Part shown: positions 11,845 to 23,104 of the stretch, piece after piece
Numbering within the stretch: position 1 is the stretch's first letter
Layout: each line of letters begins with the position of its first letter
Assembly: GCF_963921235.1 (NCBI RefSeq)
Contig: NC_086097.1
Location: forward strand, 120,654,001-120,718,000
From: Mobula hypostoma
Taxonomy: Eukaryota
Direction: 5' to 3'
Length of the DNA: 64,000 nucleotides
The notes under the pieces: model-generated
Database searches by the model: none
What the model saw: the letters and a program-made list of their open reading frames with translations, nothing else
What the model was told of the DNA's origin: nothing
Made by a program: the position numbers and the translations under genes

Positions 11845-12070
11845 GATAAGTTTTTTTGCACAGTGGTAGGTCTACAGAACACGCTGCCAGGTGTGATGGT
11901 AGAGGCAGATGCATTAGGGAAATTTAAGACATCCATCGGCACGTGGATGAAAGAAATATTAATTCCTATGTAAGAAGGAAGGGTGAGTGTGATCTTAGAG
12001 TAGTTTGGAAGTTTGACAAACAGTATCATTGTAGGCCAAGAGCCTGTGCTGTAATGTTCAATGTTCCATT
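11845..12070 (+). mobile_element. CR1 3' tail fragment
   Basis: TTTTTTGCACAGTGGTAGG..GCTGCCAGGTGTGATGGTAGAGGCAGAT..GCCTGTGCTGTAATGTTC. Confidence 0.7.
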
Positions 12071-12964
12071 TCCTAATATTTCAAATTCATGCACCTGTAT
12101 TATATTTCTTTTAAGTCCTTATTCCTTTTAAGATCCTTAAATTTCTCATCTTAATACATATAAATGTTATAAATATCTTGTAATTCATTTCCCTCTGTTT
12201 ACAATTCCTACTTTACACTGCCTTTTCCAATTTGCCTGATATCAATCTCCTGGGCATCCGCACTTAACCGGAAATGTCAGATGAACACTATGGTGATAAG
12301 AGGTTATCAAAGACTAGATATTCTGCAGTGAATTGTTCAGAACCACTCTTCCCAAAACTCTTTTGTATAATCTTGGTATACTGTATAGTAAAGATGTAGC
12401 TGGTACACTCCACAGAAATGTGCAGGAAATCGATACAAAAGGTGCAAAATAAAATACTAAAGCAGCAGGCAACTTTAGGCCAGATTTCAAGCCTTTTGAG
12501 TATTGTTGAATCTGTATTGATTCCAGCAAGAGGAGTCCATCATTCTCCTGAGTTATGTGTTGTAGTCTCAGGAAAGGCTTTAGGTAATCTGGAAATGAGT
12601 AATTTATTCCAGCATACTCAGTCTCTGAGAGCAATCCAGTTAGTTACAGTTCACTGCCCATTCCTCACAGTCCGACTTTTATTTTTCCTTTTGATAATCA
12701 TTCAGTTCCCTTTCGAGTGCTGCAACTAATGCGCAGTCATCATCATTTCAAAATGCTGCATTAAGAATGTTTTTCTTATTCACTTATGGACCCTGTCAAT
12801 AATTTCCATTCTATGCCAAGAATGTCAAGACAGGGGATGGCTGAGTCCTGGGCTGGACGTTCTGCTCACTTAAGAAAGGTGAATGGTCTCCCACTATCTC
12901 TCCTTTCCAGGAGTAGTGATTGCCACAGGACCACTGATTAAAATCAGGCACATTAGAAAAGGCA

Positions 12965-13105
12965 GTGTAAAGTGGGAATTTCTTGGTCTTACTGATGTTG
13001 AGTGCAAGGCTGTTATTGCGACACCACCCAACCAGCTGATCTGCCTCTCTCCTGTAACCCCTCCTTGTCACCTTCTGAAATTCTGCCAACAGTAGTTGCG
13101 TCGTA
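12965..13105 (-). mobile_element. Rex1/Babar LINE fragment
   Basis: Peptide YRREADQLVGWCRNNSLALNISKTK. Confidence 0.7.
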
Positions 13106-13107
13106 TG

Positions 13108-15535
13108 TGTTATGTTTTGTAACTTCTACAACATAAAAATTATCAAAAGGAAAAACACGAAGCCAAGTATCCACTTCGTTTTTACTTTTAGTGAGGTGCA
13201 CAGATATGATGTGCTGATATAGACGTATGCATTCAGGCTCTTCTACATATAACACGTAATGAATTATGTAAACAAACCAAGAATGCTGAATCAAACAATG
13301 TATTTACAATACTAATCAAATATTACTGATATGTTAAATATACAATATTCCTTCCTGCTTAGCTATAGACTCCTGCTCAATATAGAATGCATCTCAACTC
13401 AAATATGTAGCTTTCTTTCTTTTCAAATCTTTTTATTATTATTATTATCCAAAATTAACACGAGTACATCGAAGTAAGCAACACTTACACTGTCTCAAGA
13501 AAAAAGAACATTATTTTAAAGGTTGAAAAATTTTTGGTGATAATAGAAAAATCCCTACTAAGCAAGAAAAAGTGGGTAAAAAAAAACCCATTAAGTGTTC
13601 AACCCCGGAGCCAAGCGTCATACAAAAAGCTTCTAAAGATAAACATCAAACCGCCAGCGAGAAAAAAAATAAGTAACTTATTGCTCTCTAGACATCACAG
13701 TACGCTATATGGTACAACTACTATACAGACAAACTAATCTTAAATTGTCCCATATTCAGATATTCAGGTCTAAAGATTTAATCCCTGTGGAGGATTTCTT
13801 ACTTCCGGGACATCTTTCCTGACAAGACTGGATGGGGGGTAGGTTCACTGTGTGGAAGGTGAAACAATTTCAGGTCCTGGGCCTCTCCTGTGGTGCTTGT
13901 ACTGGTTGACTCTGGGATTGCAGGAAAAATGGTTTTGACAGCTCTGAACACCTCCCTTCTCTAACAATTGACTCTGCTCTCCTCAACTGATACATGTGTT
14001 GTCTCCAGCTGACATCAGATGCCATCTCCACTGTGTAGGCAAGTGGTTGAGTTCCGTCCATAACCTGTCCTAGTACCCACTTTTGATCACGTCTGTAGTC
14101 CCTCACTAGGACTACTTGCCCAGGAGTGAAACATCGAACATCCTTTTTTGAGGAGTCCTCACTTTGCCTCAGCTGTTAGTCCTGCGTACTCCTGTTGAGA
14201 CTGGGTTTGAGAAGATCCAAGACTGAGCATAAGAGATGACTCAGAAACAACATAGCTCATGAGTTGTTGGCTGCGGAATGTGTTGCATTGTGATATGCAA
14301 GAAGAAAATTGGTGAGCTTCTACATCAGTGACAGTGTAGTTCTGCTGACATTGCTTGCTGTGCATTCTTTAGACTTTGGACAAACCTTTCCACCAAGTCA
14401 TTTGTAGCTGAGTGGTATGGTGCGGGTGTAAGATTCCTTGTTCCATTCATTTTCAGGAACGACTGAAACTGTTCCACAACAAACTGTGGTCCACTGTCAC
14501 TGACGAAGTGTTCTGGGATACCAGTCTTGGAGTAGAGGCTTTTCAACCCATCAACCGTGTGTGGGGCTGTAGTAGAGGCTATTGGGAACATTTCTGGCCA
14601 CCTTGTAGCTGCATCCCCTGCTACCAAGATAATTGTGCCTATAAATGGTCCAGCAAAATCCACATGAATTCTCTGCCAGGGCAACGCTGTCCATTCCCGG
14701 GGATAGAAAGAAGCTTCTCTTGGCATCTTCTGGCCGTGTTGGCATCCTGAAGAATGCATGACAAGCTGCTCCATTTGCTGATCTATCCCAGGCCACCAGA
14801 CATAGCTTTGAGCGGGCACCTTCATTTTGGTTTCCTCTAGGTGACTGGAATGTAGCTCCTCCAATAATTTAGCTCTCAGCTTGGATGTTGCAACAGCTCT
14901 CAATCTCCACATAAGGCAACCAATGTCAAGGGCAAGGTCACCCCAGCGCTGGTAAAAATGGGGGAGCTGGAGTTTCTGCTGATCATTCGAGCCATTTGGA
15001 GTTTCCATGCAGAGCTGAGATAACGTGGGGTCTTTTCAATTTCCCTTTAGATTGCCTCTGCCATATTAGGGAGACTTTCAATTTGCATTAGGGTGAATGT
15101 GTCAAGAGTAGTGTTCTGTTTTGTAAATTTTTCAGGTATTTCTTTTTCCAGGGTAAATAGGCCAATCCATCAGTGATCCATGATTTGTTGTCCTCTTGAA
15201 TTCGATTTCGTCCTCCAAGACACAGAACCCTTTATGCTGCTGTAGTTAATGAAACTCCTTTTGTGGATTGAAAATGGACACTAGTGATGGATGGTCAGTA
15301 ATAAGGGGTAAACTCTTTTCATACAAGTACTGGTTGAAACATTTTACACCCCAATCCAGACTCAAGGCCGTTCTGTAAATCTGTGCATAATTTTTCTCTG
15401 CAGTGGCAAGGGAACATGATTCAAATGGGGCATTCGCTTCCATCACTGATAACTTGTGACATTATTGCACAGATACCATAAAGCAAGTCATTACTGGCAA
15501 GCTTCACTGAATGATGTGGATCATAATGTGTGAGT
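13108..15535 (-). mobile_element. Gypsy LTR retrotransposon copy A (3' LTR 13108-13347, integrase, RNase H remnants), decayed
   Basis: Integrase peptides LHSSHL..YVWWPGIDQ, PWQRIHVDFAGP, VSDSGPQF, PYHSATNDLVERFVQSLK; RNase H AEKNYAQI..LITDHPSL; purine tract on the minus strand next to the LTR; LTR matches 37948-38185. Confidence 0.85.
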
Positions 15536-15741
15536 TCTTTAAGCATTTTGGAAGCATTGATCATAGCTCCCTGACCTTTACCATGGTCATGGACAGGGAT
15601 AGGAGAAGACTGTAATTGGGAAGTATTTAATTGGGGGAAAGCAAATTATGATGCTATTAGTCAGGAAGTTGGGAGTGTAAATTGGAAACAGATGTACTCA
15701 GGGAAATGCACAAAGGAAATGTGGACGTTGTTTAGATAGCA

Positions 15742-15874
15742 AACAACAGGAATTCTGCAGATGCTGGAAATTCAAGCAACACACATCAAAGTTGCTGGTG
15801 AATGCAGCAGGCCAGGCAACATCTCTAGGAAGAGGTACAGTCGACGTTTCAGGCCGAAACCCTTCGTCAGGACT
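15742..15874 (-). mobile_element. 133-bp Penelope-derived mini-insertion (hammerhead plus pLTR 3' end) with 15-bp TSD
   Basis: GTTGTTTAGATAGCA at 15727-15741 and 15875-15889; the insert is nearly identical to 40645-40777. Confidence 0.92.
15839..15874 (-). ncRNA. Minimal type I hammerhead ribozyme motif
   Basis: Minus strand AGUC-CUGACGA-AGG GUUUCGG CCU-GAAA-C-GUC-GACU: intact CUGANGA/GAAA core, stems I and II, palindromic ACGU at stem III, GUC cleavage triplet. Confidence 0.8.
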
Positions 15875-16544
15875 GTTGTTTAGATAGCACTTGCATGGGG
15901 TTCTGGATAGATTTATCCTCTTGAGGAAAGGGAAGGATGGCAGGGTGAAGGACACACTGCCAGGGATGGTGATAGAGGCAGATACATTAGAGACATTAAG
16001 GAAACTCTTAGGTAGGCACACTGATGATAGAAAAATGGAAGCCTATGTAGGAGGGAAGAGTTGGATTGAACAGAGGAGGTTAAAAGGTCAATACAGCATT
16101 GTGGGCTGAAGTTCTAATGTCTTGTAATGTTATATTGCTCTGGGTTCTAAATCTCAGAACAAACTACCCAATTTTACTTTAGGAATGTCTTGACTTCGAG
16201 GAGTGTGGTTGTTGATCAAGATAGCTTACCAGTGGCTTTGCAAGAATATTATGGGTGGTCTTTCCAGCAACATGTAGAGCCTGAAACATAAATAAATTGT
16301 TCCCACGATGTTACCTACTTTGTTATGCCCCTTTATATTATTATTATTATTATTATTTTTCTTTTTTATTATTTTTCTTTTAATATAATCTCAGTGTGTA
16401 TTTGTGAATGTATAAATATATATAGATTTATACATACATAAAAAATGGAAAAGGTTTTATTTGTAAAAAAGTTTGCGTAATACTGGCGAATACCTTATCC
16501 AAATAAAAATCAAGTAAAAAAAAATGTTAAACTCCTGTAGTTAG

Positions 16545-16690
16545 TTGCCTTAGGGTCCTGTTGAAGGGTCTCAGGTCGAAATGTCAACTGCTTACTTTTT
16601 TCCAGAGATGATTGCCTAACCTGCTGAGTTCCTCCAGAATTCTGTGTGTGTTGCTTGGATTTCCAGCATCTGCAGATTTTCTCTTGTTTC
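16545..16690 (+). mobile_element. Penelope-like pLTR fragment with degenerate hammerhead
   Basis: GGTCCTGTTGAAGGGTCTCAGGTCGAAATGTCAAC..CCTGCTGAGTTCCTCCAG..TTTCCAGCATCTGCAG. Confidence 0.75.
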
Positions 16691-16852
16691 CCTTATGGTA
16701 CTATCCGCTATGTGGGCTGCAGCAACTCGAGAAGACAGATTGCCACTGTCTTCTCTAGGAAATTAGCAAGTGGCATTAAATACAACTCATGTTATACATG
16801 CTAATATTTCATAAAAAATAAGAATAACAATTAAAAAAACTTATTTTAACTG

Positions 16853-17740
16853 TACTCTCAGTGGCCATTTTTTAGCTACTCCTGTACAACTGCTAGTTAA
16901 TAAAAATATTTAATCGCCCAATCACGTGGCAGCAACTTGATGCATAAAAGCATGCAGACATGGTCAAGAGGTTCAGTTGTTGTTCAGACCAAACATCAGA
17001 ATGGGAAAGAAATGTGATCTATGTGATATTAACTGTCCAATGATTGTTTGTGCCAGACGGGGTGGTTTGAGTATCTCAGAAACTACCGATCTCCTGGGAT
17101 TTTCACACAAACAGTGTCTAGAGTTTATAGGGAATGGTGCAAAAACAAAAAAAAAAATCTGGTGGGCGTCAGTTCTGTGGGCAAAAATGCCTTGTTAATC
17201 AGAGAGTTCAGAGGGAATGGCCAGACTAGTTCAAGCTAACAGAAAGGTGACAGTAACTCAAATAATCAAGTGTTATAACAGTGGTGTACAGAGAAGAGCA
17301 CCTCTCAGTGCACAATGCTGCAAACCCTGTAGTGGATGAGCTACTGCAGCAGAAGACCACACTGCTACTATTATGTTGACTCAGGCCTCGGGGGCCGGTG
17401 TCAGGCATGATGATGGACTCTCCACTTCTCTCTGTCCCTCATCAGTGTATTCAGTTCATCTACATTAGCTGCACCGCTGTCTTCTAGGAGCATGTTGACC
17501 ATAGTCTTGGGAGGGCGCCCAGGGTTCATCCTCCCAGGCTTGGGCTCCCATATGATGACTAGGCTGGCAGGTAGCTTGGGGTGGCGTAGACAGTGCCCCG
17601 CTAGTTGCAGTCTTCTCATCTCGATTTTAGTGGTGAACATCGGTAAGTCATCATAGAGCTCAACGTTCGTCATGTGCTGTTGCCATGACAGAAGACCACA
17701 AACATACACTCAATGTCACTTTATTAAGTACAGGAGGTAC
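16853..17740 (+). mobile_element. Non-autonomous Tc1 derivative (left TIR plus transposase N-terminal remnant), interrupted by an RTE insertion
   Basis: Starts TACTCTCAGTGGCCA; encodes MGKKCDL..MIVCARRGGLSISETTDLLGFS (Tc1 HTH region); repeated about 8 times in the window. Confidence 0.85.
17362..17688 (-). mobile_element. RTE-clade LINE 3' end with 12-bp TSD
   Basis: Peptide SWQQHMTNVELY..RRLQLAGHCLRH..WEP..GRPPKT..MRDREKWR; TSD CAGAAGACCACA at 17350-17361 and 17689-17700. Confidence 0.88.
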
Positions 17741-17744
17741 CAGT

Positions 17745-17960
17745 CACCCCAAACCATAAACTGTTTCAGCTGCTTCTGTCTGGCAAACGGTACCACAGCA
17801 TTAAAGCCAGGGCCAACAGGCTACGGGACAGCTTCTTTCTACAGGCCATTAGACTTATAAACTCACGTGTCTGTACATTGCGATGGAGTCATAACGCAAA
17901 GATTTTTACTCCCTCATGTTGTGGGATAAATGTAAGATTTAAATAAATTCAATTCAATTC
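17745..17960 (+). mobile_element. Rex1/Babar LINE 3' end
   Basis: CTGCTTCTGTCTGGCAAACGGTACC..CAGCTTCTTTCTACAGGCCATTAGACT, ending in AATAAATTCAATTCAATTC. Confidence 0.7.
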
Positions 17961-18489
17961 TACGAGAAATCCAAAAAAAAACTATTTAAAAAGACCAACA
18001 CCCAATGTGCAGGGAGAAGAAAAAAAAAACACAAATAACGCAAATGATAAAAGCAACCAACCAGCATTCAGAATGAGAGTGAGCACATTGACACGAAGCC
18101 CAGAGTGGACCCATAGCTTCAGCCTAATAGCTTCAACCTCCAGGTTAATATTAAAAAATGAGCTGTCAGGCAAAGAAGAGAAAACCCTGTGGTCCAGATG
18201 GACTGAGAGATAAATGGTTAAACCAGATCTGGATTGAAGAGAGCAGTGATGTAGTAAATGAGGGGAAATTATCAGGGTAAACGAGACTAATGATTTTCCT
18301 GAAACCAAAGGTTTAGGTGGAAGCTTAGTGGAGCAGATAGCTAGCTATGGGATTAATCTGGCAAACAAAGGGCCACAGGGTTTTGAAAGTGATTTAGAGA
18401 AGTACTTCAAAGGGGTTAACAAATAAAAACATTGACATATCTATCCCTATTCAGAACAGAATACCTCAAATTGGTTAGTTGCAAGTTGC

Positions 18490-19255
18490 AAAAATGGAAA
18501 AGCCCACAAAATGTAATGAATACAGCTCAGTCCACCACAGATAAAACCCTCCCCACTATTGTGCACATTTGAAAGTATTGCAGCAACATGGAAGCCACAT
18601 CCAGCATCTAGGATCCCCATCTTCCAGGCATGCTCTCTTCTTGCTGTTGCCAGTAGGAAGGAGGTATAAGGATCCTTAGGTCATACACCACCAGATTCAT
18701 GAGTAGTTATTACCCTTCAACCATCAGGCTCCTGAACCAGCGTGGATAACTTCACTCACCTCAACACTGAACTGATTCGACAACGTATGGGCTCACTTTC
18801 AAGGAATCTGCACCTCATGTTCTCAATATTATTTATTCATTTTTAAAATTTATTATTATTTGTTTTTGCACATTGTCTTCTTTTGCACGTTGGTTTCTTT
18901 TCAGTCTTTGTGCATACTTTTTCATTGATTCTATTGTATTTTTTTGTTCTACTGTGAGTGCTCTCTGCCACAGGAAACAGTTGAGGCCAGTTCATTAGCT
19001 ATATTTAAGAGGGAGTTAGATATGACCCTTGTGGCTAAAGGGATCAGGGGGTATGGAGGGAAGGCTGGTACAGGGTTCTGAGTTGGATGATCAGCCATGA
19101 TCATACTGAATGGCGGTGCAGGCTCGAAGGGCCGAATGGCCTACTCCTGCACCTATTTTCTATGTTTCTATGTTTCTATGAAATGAATAGCAGGATAGTG
19201 TATGGCTTCATACATATACTTTGATAATAAATTTACCTTGAACTTTGAACTTTGA
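18490..19255 (+). mobile_element. Rex1/Babar 3' end containing a young CR1 3' tail (18961-19180)
   Basis: The Rex-type tail is interrupted by a CR1 tail ending (TTTCTATG)n and resumes to AATAAATTTACCTTGAACTTTGAACTTTGA. Confidence 0.75.
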
Positions 19256-20681
19256 GTTTCAAGGATATAAGGGCCCAGGAAGATATGTGACTTACTTTTA
19301 CAACTGCTCAGACTATCGCTATTATTATGGCTTCTGCCTGAGCAGTTATCTTCCCATCTCTATACTCACATCAAGACAATGTCACGAGGTAGACCCACAT
19401 CAATATGAATCACTGACTGATTAAAAGAAAGTCCACAGCTGGAAATAAGGGTGGATTTTCACTTTCTTGGTGAATTCCAAACTGGTTTTTCTCTGTTTGA
19501 TCAGCACCTAAAGCACACAGGTACAAAAATCAGTCACATTGTTTTAATTTGAGTTTACTGTTCAAAAAACAAAGGCGAGTTTTTTAAAGCCTTTGGGGTT
19601 AATTTTTGAAGCACAGTTGTAATCCATCCTGGTTACCTACACTCTGTGCTGTTTCTGCAGCTCTAGCACTGTAATTTTTTAACCTAAGTCATTTATTATT
19701 CTGAGGTATATTTTCCCCTGTCTTATTATCAGAGGGGAAATATTATGTACTAGTTCATACTTGAAGGAACAGAAAGTATTTTTCAGTAACCATTGGTAAA
19801 AAGCAATGCAATATTTATGAGCAGTGTGCTTTTTATTGCATGTCATTCGGCATTATGTCACATTACAAAAACCTGCCACAAGCTATTTGGTTTCTTCTCT
19901 GCAAAATAGTTATCTTCAATGGATCTCATAAAATTAAGTCCAGAATAGAAGCTGCCTTTAAACAATGACAGGCACCATCACTTGATTGAATGCAAGGTGC
20001 AAGGTGCACAAGAGAATATTAAAACCAGCATTATATTAGGTACACATTGACTTGAAATATTTCTGATTCTTGCTTCTTGATCCGGCAGTGTGGGAACTAA
20101 TGAAGTGTGGTCAATTCGTGTCAAGTTTAATATCATAGGACAAACACAGGATAAATCAGTGCGAGGCCGAGGTTACTGAAAACTAAACTACTGTGGGGAA
20201 CTGGGATGGGAGCTAAATAGAGTTAAATATCCCTAATGTCATGGTTGGTTTCCCTTTAATTATCTTTTGCCAAGTTTCTACCTTTGTTGCAGGAATTAGC
20301 CAGCTACTTGTACAAAAAGAGTGATTCATGCTGATAAAATTGAGAATCCACAAAATGCACTATAATATTGAATTATTTCTTGAACATGTAACCAGGAAGT
20401 CAAGCATTACAGTACTAAATTCATTATAATGAAACACCTGGTAGCCATACGTATTTGTGGGTTGTGTCATGATGATGGAATATTGGTAAGGCGATTGTCA
20501 TGGGCAGCCAACACTGTCAGATATATGTGGAGTCCTGATGTCAATCAAGAGCCAATGTTGATTTGACAGTCATGCTCCATTTTGGAGATCAATGCTCCAG
20601 GTGACTTCATCTCTTACTTTCCAGACCAACGGAACCCTAATTTTCATGTATTACTGCCATTAAAAAGCAAATTTCATGACA

Positions 20682-21246
20682 TAGACTCAATGGCCACTTT
20701 ATTAGGTACACCTGCTCATTAATCCAAATATCAATCAACCAATCTTGTGGCAGCAACTGAATGCATACAAGCACGCAGACAAACGGTTCAGAGTCAACAG
20801 GTTCAGTTCAGACCAAACATCAGAATGAGGGAAATAATGTGATCTAGGTGACTTTGACTGTGTAATGATGGTTGGTGCCAGACGGGGGTAGTTCGAGTAT
20901 TTCAGAAACTGCTGATCTCCTGGGATCTTCACACACAACAGTCTCTAGAGTTTATAGATAATATTGTGAAAAACAAAAAAAATCCAGTGAGCAGCAGTTC
21001 TGTGAGCAAAAACTCCTTGTTAATGTGAAAGGTTGGAGGAGAATGGCCAGGCTGGTTCAAGCTGACAGGAAGGCAACAGTAACTCAAATAACCACGCATT
21101 ACAACAGTAGTGTACAGAAGAACATTTCTGAATGCACAACATGTTGAACCTTGAAGTGGATGGGCTACAGCCACAGAAGACCATGAACATATACTCAGTG
21201 CCCTCTTCAACAGGTACTTAGTGCACCTAATGCCACTGAATGTATA
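20682..21246 (+). mobile_element. Non-autonomous Tc1 derivative
   Basis: CTCAATGGCCACTTTATTAGGTACACCTG start; same body as 16853; degenerate palindromic right end at ~21190-21246. Confidence 0.85.
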
Positions 21247-22789
21247 GGCAACCTTCACTACTCCCCTTCTATAAATGCTATTTAGAGGGACTATCAACTA
21301 CTTATAGAGGTGTTTTTCAATTTACACCAGGTTTACATTCCCAGAAAATATTATATTTCATAAAAAATTGTAACTTGTAAAGGTTTTCCGATAAGTTTTG
21401 AAATAAAAGCTCTGTATTCCTGAGCTCAAAGATTTCACACAGAGAAACATAAACACCTAAAAACTGATCCATACAGGTTTCGCAAATAATAAAATGTCAT
21501 TTTATTATAACTAAGTCTTAAATAAATACAGAAACATACTGAATATAGCATTCCAGGTTCCTCTTCAAGTGAAACATAAGATACTGATTGGTCTTGTCAA
21601 GGTTGGTGCAAAGAAGAATTTCTCTCTTGTGAGAAAATATAGTACTCGTGAGTCACTGACTTGCCCATTTAAGTCAGAGGTGTGGCAAAATGTTCTCTCT
21701 CAGAGTGATATGAATCTTTAGAACTATTTTTGTCAAAGGTCATTGTTTCTAAATATTCCTTAAGGCAGATTCTGGATAAGAAAACAGGTGAGAGTGTAAG
21801 AAAAGAGTTAAATTTGTTTTTTCCTTGGTGTATGCTAAAATGTGGGACACAAAATGGAAGTCCATAAGACAAAATGCTGTTAACCTGAGATGTGGAATTG
21901 TTTTGAGAAAGTACAAAGGAAACAGTCCACTGTAATGTTTGAGAAGTTAGTGAGTATCAGTCTACAGCCCTGAGAGTAGATAATAGCGAAAAAAGAACAT
22001 CCTTGTCTGGAAAAGTCCTGATGTAAATGTTATGTTAGATTTTTGAAGGGGATCCTAAATGTATAAAAAGTAGAAATTCCTTTGTGCAAGGCAGAATCTT
22101 CTAGCTAAGTAGCTACTAGTACTAAGAGTGGAAGATGGAGACAAGAGGCATTATATATATCGGAAAAGTTGTTGGGCATCTGTGGTTTCCTCCCGCAGTA
22201 GATTGTGTGGAGTTGCTTGGTGTTTGGTTGGTAATATTATCTTGTCTCTGTTGCTACTTCATTAATCATTTTTCTTCCTATATTTTATCCTTTATAACTC
22301 AAAGGAAGTATTTTTATAACCTCTAACATATGAATGGTGCCTCCTTTGTTTATGAATAACTCGATGCTGAATCAAAAAAGAACCAGGAACTAGTTCTAAA
22401 ATATTTTCTCTACAGATAGGCACTGCAAAATGGCAGACGGATGAAGTTGAGGTTGTAGTTAGGTCAGTTATACTCTGACAAAGCTGACCAAGGGGTTTTA
22501 CTCCTACTCTTAATCCATATCTTTATATATAAAATACTCTATTCTTTTTTAACTGACCTCATTCCTACTCACAAATCTTGACAAAGAAACCTGTGTTTCA
22601 TATTACAGTCAGCATCTTCGAAAATAGCTACCTTTATGAGAAAGAGTACCTCCTAAAGCTTCATCATACTGAGACCCTGTGGTGGTGTTACTGCTGATGT
22701 ATCATTGAACTTTTGTTCCTCTTGTGACCTTTGGATCGATTACAGTTCACTTTCCACAGATGCTGCCAGTTTTCAGCTTTTTCTGTTTT

Positions 22790-23100
22790 ATAGAACATAG
22801 AACATTCCAGCATAGTACAGGCCCTGTGGCCCACAGTGTTGTGTTAACTTTTTGACCTACACTAAGAGCAATCTAACCAGTCCCTCCCTCACAGTCCACC
22901 TTTTTTTCTCATCCATGTGCCTATATAAGAGTTTCCTAAATGGTGGGAGGAGAGAGAGCAGCGCGCCGTGCGTGCGCAGCCCTCCGGTAAAAAATGATAT
23001 CGTATCCAACCATCATCCTGGTAAATCTCCTCTGCATCCCCTCTAAAGTTTCACATCCTTCCTATAATGAGATGATCATCCCACACACAATATTCTAAGT
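22790..23100 (-). mobile_element. CR1 3' end fragments
   Basis: ATAGAACATAGAACA..ACAGGCCCTGTGGCCCAC (reverse of the CR1 tail). Confidence 0.7.
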
Positions 23101-23104
23101 TAGT

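Larger units (their letters stand above)
15540..16150 (+). mobile_element. CR1 LINE fragments (internally deleted), host of the PLE mini-insertion
   Basis: Similar to CR1 56630-56880 (TTTAATTGGGGGAAAGCAAATTATG..CAGGGAAATGCACA) joined to a CR1 3' tail. Confidence 0.75.

Noticed and set aside
11325..12029. Long Pro/Phe/Ser-rich and Gly/Lys/Glu-rich ORFs
   Set aside because: Artefacts of the polypurine low-complexity tract.
12314..12729. Overlapping ~100-aa ORFs in unique sequence
   Set aside because: No recognisable domain and weak splice signals; length is compatible with chance.
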